From the NCBI GenBank assembly GCA_946495655.1, contig CAMMDS010000002.1:28984-92983 (forward strand): a DNA stretch of 64,000 nucleotides, given 5' to 3'. Positions 31,803-42,752 of this stretch are shown piece by piece. The translations under genes were made by a program, and so were the position numbers. The DNA is from an uncultured Clostridium sp. Its GTDB lineage: Bacteria > Bacillota > Clostridia > TANB77 > CAG-508. A model generated the notes under the pieces. That model did not search any database and had not been told where the DNA came from. It saw only the letters and a list, made by a program, of their open reading frames with translations. Position 1 is the stretch's first letter; each line of letters starts with the position of its first letter.

Positions 31803-33725
31803 CTATATTTCCATTATTATTGGTAGAATCATAGGATTACGCTTTGTTCTCTGGAATATATAGTCTCTTAAATCATCTTTTAATGTTGATTTAATTGTTG
31901 CCCAGTCTCTAACTCCTTCTTCTTCAAATGTTTGTACTTCTTGCTTAATAACTCTTTTTACATCATCCATTAATGTTTCAGATTCTCTTACATATACGAA
32001 TCCTCTAGATACTACATCTGGTCCTGATACTATTTCTCCAGTACTTCCATTCATTGTCATAACAATTACTATTAATCCATCTTGTGATAAATGTTGTCTA
32101 TCTCTTAAAACAATATTTCCAACATCTCCAACACCTAATCCATCTACTAATATTTTTCCTGATGGAACTGATGCTGTTATTTTAGCTTCTTTTCTGTTTA
32201 ATTCTAGAGTTTTACCATTTTCCAATATAAATATATTCTCTGTTGGTATTCCCATTTCCTTTGCAGTTTCTGCATGAGCTCTTAACTGTCTATACTCACC
32301 ATGTACTGGTATAAAGTATTTTGGTTTTGCTAAAGATATAATTAATTTTTGCTCTTCCTGGCAAGCATGCCCAGAAACGTGTACATTTTCTAATGCACTA
32401 TAAATAACTTCTGCACCTATTTGCATTAAATCATTTATTACATTTGAAACTAATTTCTCATTTCCTGGAATTGGAGTTGCAGAAATTATTACCATATCAT
32501 TTGGTGTAATAACTACTTTTTTATGTTCTCCTGCTGCCATTCTAGTTAATGCAGACATAGTTTCTCCTTGGCTTCCTGTAGTTATTATTACTAATTGGTC
32601 ATCAGTATAATTTTTAATCATATCTATATCAATAAACATGTTTTCTGGTGCATCGATATAACCTATTTCTCTTGCTGTCTCAATCATATTTATCATACTT
32701 CTACCACAAACTGCAATTTTTCTGCCGTATTCTTTAGCAGAATTCACAATTTGTTGTACTCTGTGAACATTTGAAGCAAAAGTTGCAACTACTATTCTTT
32801 TTTTGTTATTTTGAAATAACCTATCGAACACATCTCCTATAGTTTTTTCAGACATTGTATAGCCTTTTCTTTCTGAGTTAGTACTATCAGACATTAAAGC
32901 TAAGACTCCTCTATTTCCAAGTTCAGCAATTCTTCCCAAATCCATTATTTGATCATCTATTGGTGTAAAATCTACTTTGAAGTCTCCTGTATGAAGTATA
33001 GTTCCTACAGGTGTGTGTATAGCAAGCATTACAGAATCTGGTATACTATGGCTACTTCTAATAAATTCCACTCTGATATTTCCAAAATTAACTGTTTGTC
33101 CTTGTTCTACAGTATTTAATTTAGTAGATGAAAGTAATTTATGTTCTTCCAATTTATTTTTTATTAATCCCATTGTTAATTTTGTAGCATAAATTGGCAT
33201 ATTTATTTGTTTTAAAATATATGGTATTGCTCCTATATGATCTTCATGTCCATGTGTAATCACTAATCCTTTTATTTTTTCTTTATTCTTTTCTAGATAT
33301 GTTACATCTGGTATTACTAAATCTACACCTAGCATATCATCTTCTGGGAACTCTAGACCACAATCAACTAATACTATTTCATTTCCGTATTCAAATACTG
33401 TAATATTTTTACCTATTTCATCTAATCCCCCAAGTGGTATTATTTTTAAATTATCTTTTTTAAATTCAAATTTTGGTAAATTTTCTCTTTTATTATTTTC
33501 TACAATCTTTTGCCCTACATTCTCTTTAGCTTCTTTAAAATTTGTATTATTTACTTTTCTCTCTTTCTTTACTTCTGTTTGAGTTGTTTGTCCTTCATCT
33601 AATTTATTCTTTTTTCTTGGCATTCTTTTTCTTTTTATTTCTGTTTTTTCAAAAACTCCTTTTTCCATAGTTTCTTTTTTTTCCATTAATTTAAATCTCT
33701 CCTTTTCTTTATTTATTATATCCAT
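31803..33725 (-). CDS. rnj: Ribonuclease J (metallo-beta-lactamase / beta-CASP) with Lys-rich N-terminal extension
   Basis: HGHEDH motif, beta-CASP and C-terminal domain. About 85 extra N-terminal residues rich in K/E; the true start may be internal. Confidence 0.9.
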   Translation of the reverse strand: MDIINKEKERFKLMEKKETMEKGVFEKTEIKRKRMPRKKNKLDEGQTTQTEVKKERKVNNTNFKEAKENVGQKIVENNKRENLPKFEFKKDNLKIIPLGGLDEIGKNITVFEYGNEIVLVDCGLEFPEDDMLGVDLVIPDVTYLEKNKEKIKGLVITHGHEDHIGAIPYILKQINMPIYATKLTMGLIKNKLEEHKLLSSTKLNTVEQGQTVNFGNIRVEFIRSSHSIPDSVMLAIHTPVGTILHTGDFKVDFTPIDDQIMDLGRIAELGNRGVLALMSDSTNSERKGYTMSEKTIGDVFDRLFQNNKKRIVVATFASNVHRVQQIVNSAKEYGRKIAVCGRSMINMIETAREIGYIDAPENMFIDIDMIKNYTDDQLVIITTGSQGETMSALTRMAAGEHKKVVITPNDMVIISATPIPGNEKLVSNVINDLMQIGAEVIYSALENVHVSGHACQEEQKLIISLAKPKYFIPVHGEYRQLRAHAETAKEMGIPTENIFILENGKTLELNRKEAKITASVPSGKILVDGLGVGDVGNIVLRDRQHLSQDGLIVIVMTMNGSTGEIVSGPDVVSRGFVYVRESETLMDDVKRVIKQEVQTFEEEGVRDWATIKSTLKDDLRDYIFQRTKRNPMILPIIMEI

Positions 33726-34074
33726 TTTAATTTATATACAAACAAAAAAGTAGTTTATAATATTATAAACTACTCTTGAACATAAAATTTTTATCACTAC
33801 TACTATTATTTTAGCACAAACTATATATAACATGCTTAACATATTTTCCGCACCATAAGCATATTTTAATATTACTATTTTTTATTTTATAATCCGATTC
33901 AATAATTTACAATATTATAATATATCTCTCTTTAATTAAAACTATATATAAATCTCTTCTTTACCTATTTTGGTAACAACTGTAAATTATTATACTATTT
34001 TTTATAAAATTTGTCAAATATAACCTAATTTTTAATTTATACGCTGATTGCATAATAGTTGTTAAACCCTAAAT

Positions 34075-34250
34075 TCAGATAATACATATATTTAGAAAAT
34101 TTTTGTAGGAGTCGCGTAGCGACCAAACGAGCTTTGAAAAAAGCGAGTGCGATTGGAGAAACCTAGCACATAAAAATTTACTTTTTATGTGCTTATATGG
34201 TTTCGACAACAAGACTCAAAAAAATTTGAAAAATATATGTATTATCTGAA
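34075..34250. mobile_element. MITE-like element family D, copy 2 (176 bp, perfect 20-bp terminal inverted repeats)
   Basis: Terminal inverted repeats TTCAGATAATACATATATTT / AAATATATGTATTATCTGAA. Core GCGACCAAACGAGCTTTGAAAAAAGCGAGTGCGATTGGAGAAACCTAGCACA matches 16985-17060 in opposite orientation. Confidence 0.55.
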
Positions 34251-34263
34251 TTTAAATAGTTTT

Positions 34264-35154
34264 TCAATCTATTACTGCTCCTATTATTCCTGCATCATTT
34301 TTTAAATCTGCGAGTACTATATGAGGTAAATTTTCTTTATTGAAAACATATTTTCTTTTATTCATTTCATCAACAAGTTTTTTATAAAATATATCTTTAA
34401 AAAACACAAAACTTCCACCAATGGCTATAGCCTCTGGCTCGAATATATCTATAATATTAGATAATCCAATTATTAAATTATTTATATATTCATCTATTAA
34501 TTTTATTATATCGGAATTGTTAAGATTTTCTTTAACTTTTTCTAATAATTCTTTTGCTGAAATCTCATTGATATTTAATATTTTATTTACATTATCTTTA
34601 AATCTTTTCATTGAGCAATATGTTTCAAAGCATCCTTTTTTACCACAATTACATTCTAATCCATTTCTATCAATTATCATATGTCCAATCTCAAAACCAA
34701 TATGTCTATTTGATTGCATTAGTTTTTCATTTAAGAATACTGCAGATCCAATACCTGTTCCTAAACATAAAAACACAGCATCATTATATTGTTTTAGTGA
34801 ACCATATTTAAACTCTGCAAGGCCTGCAGCTTTTCCATCATTCCTTATTTGCATACGTATATTATATTTTTTTGAAATTTCTTTTAAATTTAATTTTTCT
34901 ATACCCAAATTAACCAAATTATATATTGTTAATTCTTCTTGATTTGGATTTCCAGGACTTGCTATTCCTATCAAATCAATATTATAGTTTTGTGTAAAAT
35001 GGTATATGTTTGAATTTATATATTCTAAAATATATGAATTCATATCTTTATTTGCTTGAATGTCTTGTTCTACCTTCTTTATTATTTTTCCATCACGCGG
35101 ATCTACTAATCCTATTCCAATATGACTCCCACCTAAATCTATACCTAATCTCAT
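34264..35154 (-). CDS. glk: ROK-family glucokinase
   Basis: MRLGIDLGGSH N-terminal ATPase motif, Cys-rich Zn motif C.C..GC.E. Start at 35154 with GGAGG RBS (longer ORF to 35271 unlikely). Confidence 0.85.
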   Translation of the reverse strand: MRLGIDLGGSHIGIGLVDPRDGKIIKKVEQDIQANKDMNSYILEYINSNIYHFTQNYNIDLIGIASPGNPNQEELTIYNLVNLGIEKLNLKEISKKYNIRMQIRNDGKAAGLAEFKYGSLKQYNDAVFLCLGTGIGSAVFLNEKLMQSNRHIGFEIGHMIIDRNGLECNCGKKGCFETYCSMKRFKDNVNKILNINEISAKELLEKVKENLNNSDIIKLIDEYINNLIIGLSNIIDIFEPEAIAIGGSFVFFKDIFYKKLVDEMNKRKYVFNKENLPHIVLADLKNDAGIIGAVID

Positions 35155-35185
35155 TTTTCTTATTCCTCCATATATAATAGAAAAA

Positions 35186-35227
35186 CTATTCAAACAGATT
35201 ATATCACAATATATTCTGTTTGAATAG
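35186..35227 (-). terminator. Terminator at the end of the pilus operon (CTATTCAAACAG...CTGTTTGAATAG)
   Basis: 12-bp stem, T-run on the minus strand after pilC. Confidence 0.5.
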
Positions 35228-35245
35228 TTAAAGTATTTTCTTTCT

Positions 35246-36604
35246 TTAGAAATTTGGTAAATCCACTGCATCGAATAACCAAGTACCCATATAAAGTTGT
35301 ATACATGGTACTATAATTACAATTACTAAGAATATTAAGAACACTCCAACAATTGAATATATAACTTGTGGTAAAACGCTCATTATTCTTTGCATTTCAT
35401 TATTTATATCCATATCCATGTATTCAACAAGTTTACTTATCATTTCAGATAAATCAGTTTGCATACCGATTTTTAACATTTCTGTTTCCATTGATGATGA
35501 TAAACCTGAATTTTCAAATGGCTCTATCCACGATGCACCTATTAATATATTATTAATAGCTGTTTCTATTATAGATAATAGTACATAATTTTTAACTACT
35601 GATTTACTTACTTCTAGCGAATCTTGAATTCTCATTCCATTTTCAAGGTTTAATAACATGGCTCTCATAAATCTTGAAAAATCCATCGCATATATTAATC
35701 TTCCAAAAATAGGCATTTTATATTTAAAATAATGGAAGTTATATTTTCCTTTTGGTGTATTTACATATGCAAAAATTATTCCAACAATTGCAGCAATCAT
35801 TCCAACTGGTATATACCAAACACTCATCAGATTATTACAGAAATTTACAAACCATACTGTAATTTCAGGAAGTTGCTGAGTTGTTCCTGAAGCCTCGAAA
35901 GCTTCTTCTATTAATGGAATAATGTATGCAACACCAAAAATCAATATTCCTAAAATAGCTACTAATTGTAAAACGTTTGGTATTATGATTTTTCTTAGTC
36001 TTGATCCTGTAGTGTCCACATCTTCAAGATATTTTACCGCTTGTTCTAGTGATTTTGTAAGTGATCCAGACATTTCTCCTACTCTTATCATGTTGATATA
36101 TATATATGGGAAAATGTTAGAATAATATTCCATTGTAGTATACATATATTCTCCAGATTCAACACCTGCTAATATATCTTGAAGTATTCCTCTTAGTGAT
36201 AAATTATCTGTACTATCTATTATAGTACTTAAAGCATGTATATTATTAAAGTTTGCTTTTTTCAACAAGTAAAAATTCTGTGTAAAAATTATAATGTCTC
36301 TCGTAGTTATTTTTTCTTCTCTTGCTAATGCTATATTTACTCTTTCCTTTAATGAAGGTTTTGCAGAAATCCTTCCTCGCATAATATTAGCAGAATCAGC
36401 TTGTTTCATTATGTCGTCTATATCCATCATATTTCTTCTATTAACTTTAGTTTTCTTGCTTCTGTATCCAACTTGTACAATACTTATTGGTACTAAGCCA
36501 CTACTCTTCAATTTTTTTATGAGAGTATGTTTATTGGAATCTTCAACTCTATTTCTTACAATTTGTCCCTTTGAAGTAACCGCTCTATAAATATATTCTG
36601 GCAT
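35246..36604 (-). CDS. pilC: Type IV pilus inner-membrane platform protein PilC (GspF family)
   Basis: Two T2SS-F domains and three TM segments. Confidence 0.85.
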   Translation of the reverse strand: MPEYIYRAVTSKGQIVRNRVEDSNKHTLIKKLKSSGLVPISIVQVGYRSKKTKVNRRNMMDIDDIMKQADSANIMRGRISAKPSLKERVNIALAREEKITTRDIIIFTQNFYLLKKANFNNIHALSTIIDSTDNLSLRGILQDILAGVESGEYMYTTMEYYSNIFPYIYINMIRVGEMSGSLTKSLEQAVKYLEDVDTTGSRLRKIIIPNVLQLVAILGILIFGVAYIIPLIEEAFEASGTTQQLPEITVWFVNFCNNLMSVWYIPVGMIAAIVGIIFAYVNTPKGKYNFHYFKYKMPIFGRLIYAMDFSRFMRAMLLNLENGMRIQDSLEVSKSVVKNYVLLSIIETAINNILIGASWIEPFENSGLSSSMETEMLKIGMQTDLSEMISKLVEYMDMDINNEMQRIMSVLPQVIYSIVGVFLIFLVIVIIVPCIQLYMGTWLFDAVDLPNF

Positions 36605-36630
36605 TTTTTCTCCTTTCTAATAAATATACT

Positions 36631-37749
36631 TTATTGATTTATTCTATTGTCCTTTTCTTTTTTTATTTTTAATTGCATTATAGTTCTATTTAAAGTCTCA
36701 ATATTCTTTTCCTCTATTTGTGCTTTTGCTTGTTCTAATGTGATTACATCATTTACAAATAATTCTGCTATAGAATTTATTAATCCTATACTTCCCTTTT
36801 CTAAGTTACTTTGTATTGCATCTTCTATTTCAGATACACTTATTTTTTCTTTTCTAATTATACCAGATACAATATTGTCTACTACCATTACCTCAGGTAC
36901 TAATACTAATTCTCCTGTTTTAGATGGTAATAATCTTTGAGATATAACTAATTTCAATAATGATGAAATTAAGTACTTAACTGTTTGTTGATCTCTTATT
37001 TCATAAAAGTTTACCATTCTATCTATTGTTTCTGCACATGACTTTGTATGAAGAGTTCCTATAACTAAATGTCCTGACTCTGCTGTCTCTATTGCTGCTT
37101 CCATAGTTTCTCTGTCTCTAATCTCTCCTATTACTAATATATCACAGTCTTCTCTTAATGAGTTTTTAACACCATCACTAAAGCTTAAACAATCTCTTCC
37201 AGCCCCAACTTCTTTCTGAATTATAACAGATTTTTTACTTGTATGCTTATATTCAACTGGATTTTCTAGTGTAAGTATTTTTTTGTTTTGATTTTCATTT
37301 ATTTCATTAATTAATGCATTTAATGTTGTTGTTTTTCCAGAATTAGTTTTACCAGTAACAAGCATTAATCCTTGTGGCTGATATGTCATTCTTCTTACTA
37401 TATCAGGAACACCTAAATCTTCATATTTTGGTAATTCATTTTTTATAAGTCTCATTGTAAATACTGGTATTTCATTAGCCAAAGAGATATTAACCCTTAA
37501 ACGTATGTCTTCAAATTCAAACGAAGTATCTAGTTTCTTTGTTTCTTTAAAAACTCTATCTTTATCTACATTTCCACGTACAAAATAATCATATACTTCA
37601 TACATATCATCTTCTACTAGAGGTGAAGGACATTCATATTCTATTAATTCTCTTCTAATTCTTAACATTGGCTTTAATCCGCAGATTAAATGTACATCAG
37701 AAGCATCCTTTTTACGTGCAGTATCCAAAATTTTATCAATATCTATCAT
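36631..37749 (-). CDS. pilT: Type IV pilus retraction ATPase PilT
   Basis: Walker A GKTNSGKTTT, Asp box, His box. 372 aa and no N-terminal GSPII-N domain. Confidence 0.85.
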   Translation of the reverse strand: MIDIDKILDTARKKDASDVHLICGLKPMLRIRRELIEYECPSPLVEDDMYEVYDYFVRGNVDKDRVFKETKKLDTSFEFEDIRLRVNISLANEIPVFTMRLIKNELPKYEDLGVPDIVRRMTYQPQGLMLVTGKTNSGKTTTLNALINEINENQNKKILTLENPVEYKHTSKKSVIIQKEVGAGRDCLSFSDGVKNSLREDCDILVIGEIRDRETMEAAIETAESGHLVIGTLHTKSCAETIDRMVNFYEIRDQQTVKYLISSLLKLVISQRLLPSKTGELVLVPEVMVVDNIVSGIIRKEKISVSEIEDAIQSNLEKGSIGLINSIAELFVNDVITLEQAKAQIEEKNIETLNRTIMQLKIKKEKDNRINQ

Positions 37750-37766
37750 TTGTTACCTCCATATTT

Positions 37767-39392
37767 TTAATATAATGCTAATTTATTATTTAGCTCATCC
37801 AAATTTGTAATACCATCTATTATCTTGTTTATACCATCTACAATTAATGGTACATATCCGTTTTGCAATGCTACATCCCTAATTTCCATCGCTGGCTTAT
37901 TTTCTACAATTAAAGATCTTATTGTATCATTTAACATTAATACTTCAAATATTCCAATTCTTCCAAGATATCCTGTATTATGACATTTTTTACATCCTAC
38001 TGCATCAAATGTTTTCTTTCCTTCTATATCGAATTTGATATTATATTTTTCTCCTATTTTTCCTATTATTTCTTTCTCTTTTTCTGTATAATCTCTTTCT
38101 CTAGCACAATGAGGACACAATCTTCTTACCAATCTCTCTGAAACTGATGTAGCCAAAGTACTTGATATATCATAGTTCGATATTCCCATTTTTCTCAATC
38201 TTGTTATAACTTCCACAGCATCAATTGTATGAATTGTTGATAATACGTAATGACCAGTTTGTCCAGCTTGCATTGCTATTTCTGCAGTTTCTGTATCTCT
38301 TATTTCTCCAACTAGTATAATATCTGGATCTTGTCTCAATACTGTTCTTAATGAATCTACAAAAGTTATTTTTTGATCAACTTCTATTTGATTTAATCCG
38401 TTTATTCTAATTTCTACTGGATCTTCAATAGTAGTAATATTTATTTGCGGTTTATTTAAATAATCTATAATACTGTATAATGTAGTAGTTTTACCCTCTC
38501 CTGTTGGAGCCGCTATAACAGTGATACTATTCTTTTTGTTAAATGCATTTTTTACTAGATTTTGGTCATTTGGGAATCCTAAATCAAATAATGATCTTAC
38601 ATCTTCGTTTTTCTTTAATAATCTTAGAACGAATTTTTCTCCATATATATTCTTTTGTGAAGAAACACGAATATTATATTCTGGATACATTATAATTCTA
38701 CCATCTTGTGATTCTTGTTTTTCTTGATGCATATTAGATATTGCTTTTAATCTTCCTACAATTTGTGATTGTTTTTCTTTTCCTATATCTGCTGCATTAA
38801 CTAATACACCATCAATTCTATATCTAATTCTCATTCCCTCTTGCATCGGTTCTATATGGATATCACTCGCCCTTTTATCCATTGCTGTTTTTATTACACT
38901 ATCTATAAATCCAGAAACATCTGCATTTACATCTATAGTCTCCGAACTACCGCCAAAAGAATTCAAAATCAAATCAATATTTGTTTCAAATGTTATATAT
39001 TTTTCCATTATAAGGCCTTTATTTAAAAGTAAAAGCCTTACAGTTTCAACAGCTCTTTTATTTGAAGTATCTGCAAAGCATACTTTTATTCTTCCACTTA
39101 CTTCTTCAAATGGTATAGCTTTATATTGTTTTGCAGTATCAATTGAAATATAATCAAGAATATTAAGTTTAATATCTGCTTCTCTTAAATATATTGCTTT
39201 TTCTTCTAGAATCTCTCCCATTGCATTTATTAATACATATGGATCACATACTCTTAAAATATTTAATATATCTCCGATTTTCTTTTTGGGTTCAGCTTTT
39301 TGATAATCTAATGCTCTTTCAATATCTTCTTCAGTAACAATTCCTCTTTTTACTAATTCTATTCCTAAAGGTTGTCTTTTTTTTGACTCCAT
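37767..39392 (-). CDS. pilB: Type IV pilus assembly ATPase PilB (GspE family)
   Basis: N-terminal GSPII_E_N domain, Walker A APTGEGKTTT, tetracysteine CPHC...CKKC zinc motif. Confidence 0.9.
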   Translation of the reverse strand: MESKKRQPLGIELVKRGIVTEEDIERALDYQKAEPKKKIGDILNILRVCDPYVLINAMGEILEEKAIYLREADIKLNILDYISIDTAKQYKAIPFEEVSGRIKVCFADTSNKRAVETVRLLLLNKGLIMEKYITFETNIDLILNSFGGSSETIDVNADVSGFIDSVIKTAMDKRASDIHIEPMQEGMRIRYRIDGVLVNAADIGKEKQSQIVGRLKAISNMHQEKQESQDGRIIMYPEYNIRVSSQKNIYGEKFVLRLLKKNEDVRSLFDLGFPNDQNLVKNAFNKKNSITVIAAPTGEGKTTTLYSIIDYLNKPQINITTIEDPVEIRINGLNQIEVDQKITFVDSLRTVLRQDPDIILVGEIRDTETAEIAMQAGQTGHYVLSTIHTIDAVEVITRLRKMGISNYDISSTLATSVSERLVRRLCPHCARERDYTEKEKEIIGKIGEKYNIKFDIEGKKTFDAVGCKKCHNTGYLGRIGIFEVLMLNDTIRSLIVENKPAMEIRDVALQNGYVPLIVDGINKIIDGITNLDELNNKLALY

Positions 39393-39459
39393 AGAATTTC
39401 TCCTTTCATTAGTTATATATTATATATTATTAACTTTTTTTATAATAATATTATTAATT

Positions 39460-39912
39460 TCACCAATATCTCAAAGTAAAACTAATATTTTGAGTTATTG
39501 AATCTTCGGCATTTCTTCCAATTTGTAAATCTACATTAATAATATTTTTACTAACTGTATTTACAGTATAAGGTGATAATGTAAAATTACATCCTAATAT
39601 ATTTTGTGCTATACGTACATCATTCCTATAGATAAAATTGTTTTGATACGTATATACTGGCCCATCTTCGAATTCTATAGTGTTATTTGTTACTGTAGCA
39701 TTATCATAGTTTTTTACATCAGTAGCAAAAAACATGGCAAATTTATTGAATTCATTAATGTATTTGGGTGAATTAACTGCTTCCCCAATGTTAGCATAAA
39801 AAAATGTACTTATTGTAGTTAAAACACCTATAACCAAAGTTAGTATGAACATATATGCAACTAAAGCCGCTAACGTAATACCTTTTTCACTTTTAACTTT
39901 ATTTTTCCACAT
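39460..39912 (-). CDS. Minor pilin-like protein (prepilin-type N-terminus KG|ITLAALV, no Glu5)
   Basis: Class III signal-like N-terminus followed by a hydrophobic helix. Confidence 0.6.
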   Translation of the reverse strand: MWKNKVKSEKGITLAALVAYMFILTLVIGVLTTISTFFYANIGEAVNSPKYINEFNKFAMFFATDVKNYDNATVTNNTIEFEDGPVYTYQNNFIYRNDVRIAQNILGCNFTLSPYTVNTVSKNIINVDLQIGRNAEDSITQNISFTLRYW

Positions 39913-39942
39913 TTGTTACACGAAAAGCCCCTTTCACAATAG

Positions 39943-40368
39943 TTATATTTCCTTAATTTTTAATCTTTTGACTGTAAATTCTTCTGTTTCTCCTGCTACT
40001 GTATATGAGATTTTTAAATTTACAATTTTTATTACATCTTTTATATAAGGTTTTCCTTCTCCATAGTCTGTTAATTGTAAATCCACATTAAATCCATTTG
40101 GTATAGAAAATTGTTCTTTATATTCAGCCCCCGTCATATTTTGAGCATCTTCATACGATAATTTATCAATATCTTCTAATATTTGTACTGCATAGAATGT
40201 CATTTGCGATGTTAAATTTGCTCTAATGTTAATATGATAAACCGAATACATTAATGTTCCAATAATTCCTACAAATGCAACAAATATAAAGCATGCAATA
40301 AGTAAATCTTGCATTGTAAATCCATTTTCTGATTTTAAATTAATTTTTAATTTACTTTTATTGTTCAT
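39943..40368 (-). CDS. Minor pilin-like protein (NG|FTMQDLL, Asp at +5)
   Basis: Prepilin cleavage motif G-F-T-M and hydrophobic helix. Confidence 0.65.
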   Translation of the reverse strand: MNNKSKLKINLKSENGFTMQDLLIACFIFVAFVGIIGTLMYSVYHINIRANLTSQMTFYAVQILEDIDKLSYEDAQNMTGAEYKEQFSIPNGFNVDLQLTDYGEGKPYIKDVIKIVNLKISYTVAGETEEFTVKRLKIKEI

Positions 40369-40372
40369 TTAA

Positions 40373-41188
40373 TCACCTATAAAAAATCACATAATTAGTT
40401 ATTAGTAACATTATTATATTTGAAACACACATGTAAAATCCTATTGGAATTTTAGTATTTTCAATTTTAACTCTTTTTACAATCTTACTCTTTTTTTCAC
40501 TTAGTTTTTGAATCAATAATTGAATTGAAATAGCAAGTAATGTAATAATTACTGTATATATATATACAGTTTCATATGTAAATAAAATCATTAACATTGA
40601 TAATAATAAAACATCAATAGTATAACTGTCTTGACCTTTTTTTCTTAAATACACAATGCTAAATAGCAATAATATGCATGATAACATTAAATAAATAACA
40701 TATCTATAGATACTAGCATCATTTTCTACTATATATAGATATATCATATATAATGTAACACAAATAAAGCCAAATAATAATACTGGCTTTTCTATTCTAA
40801 TTCTTTCTTTATCGATTCCAGCAATAATAAACAGTGTTGCTAAATATAACAATCCCACAACAAAATATACTAATATTTGATTGTTTAAATTAAAAATACT
40901 AATTTTAATTGAAGCTGCAAATAATACAAATACAACACCTGATAATATTTCAAGTAAAATATATCTAACTCTAATTTTTTCTTTGCAATATCTACATCTT
41001 CCACCTAAAAAGGTATAACTTAATATTGGTATCATGTCTAAAAAAGTTAATTTATGATTGCAATTAGGGCAATATGAACGTGTATGAGTTATATCTTGTC
41101 CTAATGGAATCCTATATACTGCTAAAGTAAAAAAGCTACCAAATAAAGTGCCTATGCAAAATATTAAAATATATAATATATAGTCCAT
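40373..41188 (-). CDS. pilD: Prepilin peptidase (A24 family)
   Basis: N-terminal CxxC...CxxC zinc motif, polytopic membrane protein. Confidence 0.85.
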   Translation of the reverse strand: MDYILYILIFCIGTLFGSFFTLAVYRIPLGQDITHTRSYCPNCNHKLTFLDMIPILSYTFLGGRCRYCKEKIRVRYILLEILSGVVFVLFAASIKISIFNLNNQILVYFVVGLLYLATLFIIAGIDKERIRIEKPVLLFGFICVTLYMIYLYIVENDASIYRYVIYLMLSCILLLFSIVYLRKKGQDSYTIDVLLLSMLMILFTYETVYIYTVIITLLAISIQLLIQKLSEKKSKIVKRVKIENTKIPIGFYMCVSNIIMLLITNYVIFYR

Positions 41189-41317
41189 ATGTTCTCCTTA
41201 TTTTGAAATAGAGGTTATACTTAAAATATAATTACATATTTTAAATTATATTTGAATAGTATAACCTCTTCTATTTTAGTTTAAAGAAATCTTAAACCGT
41301 TTAAAACTTTTTTACTA

Positions 41318-41554
41318 CTAATTTGTAGCTATGCCTTTTTCTGTTAGTATTCCATCAATGTAATGCTCTACGTTTGTAATAGACTGTTCTGTGTACTTTG
41401 TATCATTTGCATAGAACTCTTCAGCTTGCTCAGCACGTCCTATAAGTCCATCACTTCCAAAAGCAAATGTAATTGCTACTGTTGCTAAAATTATTAATAT
41501 AATTATTGTTATAACTAAAGCAACTAATGTGATACCCCTTTGATTCTTTAACAT
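41318..41554 (-). CDS. Short type IV pilin-like protein (78 aa), candidate major pilin. N-terminus QRG|ITLVALVITIIILIILATV lacks Glu5.
   Basis: Prepilin-like N-terminus. Followed by a long imperfect hairpin (41205-41285) before pilD. N-terminal 50 aa are homologous to the RCC1-fusion protein at 57845-59131. Confidence 0.65.
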   Translation of the reverse strand: MLKNQRGITLVALVITIIILIILATVAITFAFGSDGLIGRAEQAEEFYANDTKYTEQSITNVEHYIDGILTEKGIATN

Positions 41555-41630
41555 AAAAAATTCCTCCTTATAAAAATTTTTTTGTATATATTTAATTTAA
41601 TAAATATAACCTAGTTCATTAAGAATTAAA

Positions 41631-42059
41631 TTACTTAATTCCTTCTTCATTAAAAAATGTTCCTGTTGAATTTTCATCTATATTGCTTGGTTCATTGTTT
41701 TCATTTGTATCTTGATTATTACTGCCATTACCCTCTCCAGATGTTCCTGTATTTGTTGTTTCACTTTCTAGTGAAAATGGGTTAGCTTTTCCTTCTGTAT
41801 AACTTCCACTTTGTTTATAAATATTTAAATCTGAATCTGTAACTTCATAAGTTACTTCAATTTTTTCAGTTTCTGATATTGTTTCATCAATTTCATTTCT
41901 TACATTTTCTGGTGTTACATATGCTTCTTTCTCTGGCACAACTTTATTTATAGGAATATAATCATAAAATAGTATTCCTAAAATTAATAATATAGCTATA
42001 CTCAAGAGTAATATTATAAAAATTTCTTTAATTACCGATTTTAGCATACTTGCCTCCAT
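41631..42059 (-). CDS. Membrane-anchored hypothetical protein with acidic Thr/Asn-rich tail (pilus operon)
   Basis: N-terminal TM helix. Position inside the pilus operon. Confidence 0.5.
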   Translation of the reverse strand: MEASMLKSVIKEIFIILLLSIAILLILGILFYDYIPINKVVPEKEAYVTPENVRNEIDETISETEKIEVTYEVTDSDLNIYKQSGSYTEGKANPFSLESETTNTGTSGEGNGSNNQDTNENNEPSNIDENSTGTFFNEEGIK

Positions 42060-42068
42060 TTATCATCA

Positions 42069-42752
42069 TTATTGTGTAATTTCATTTGATGTATCTGTAT
42101 TAGTTGTATCTGTTTCTGTATTAGTTGTTGTAGTACCATCTGATGTAGTAGACTCTACTGTAGTTGTTGTATTTTCTAAATCTATTCTAATACCAGTTAC
42201 ATTAAATGTTGCTTGTAGATTTTCTCCATCTGGAAGTAGATGAAAATTCTCTATTCTAAATTCTAGCTCGCTATCATTTTCAAGTGCTGATATAAATTCT
42301 ATTATTCCTGCATATTGTCCTGTTACTGTAAAATTTATATTCTTAACAGTAGAATCACCTGCGTCTCCAGATAACACATCCATTCTAAAATTTACACCCT
42401 CTGTTCTTGCATGTCTTCCTATTCTTAGCCATAGGTATTCAATTTTATAAACTTCTTGTGTATTAGCTTCATTTATTTCGCTTTCTGTACTAACATTAGC
42501 CAAATTATAATAGCTTTCTTTGTTTTCTAATAATACACTAACATTATCAGATAATTCTGTTTTTTTGTTTTGTAAATCGCTTTTTATTTTTATATTAGCT
42601 TCATTTATTTCTGTTGTTAAATTGTCATTAAGTTCTATTATACCTTGTGTACTCAAAATTTGAAATGAGCCTATAGAAATTCCTTGAAATATAGTGAAAT
42701 ATGCCAGAACAATTAATAATACGAGTAATACTGCTATTAAAATTTTTCTCAT
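42069..42752 (-). CDS. pilO: PilO-like pilus assembly protein
   Basis: Single N-terminal TM, coiled coil, periplasmic-type domain. Overlaps the pilMN stop by 4 nt. Confidence 0.55.
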   Translation of the reverse strand: MRKILIAVLLVLLIVLAYFTIFQGISIGSFQILSTQGIIELNDNLTTEINEANIKIKSDLQNKKTELSDNVSVLLENKESYYNLANVSTESEINEANTQEVYKIEYLWLRIGRHARTEGVNFRMDVLSGDAGDSTVKNINFTVTGQYAGIIEFISALENDSELEFRIENFHLLPDGENLQATFNVTGIRIDLENTTTTVESTTSDGTTTTNTETDTTNTDTSNEITQ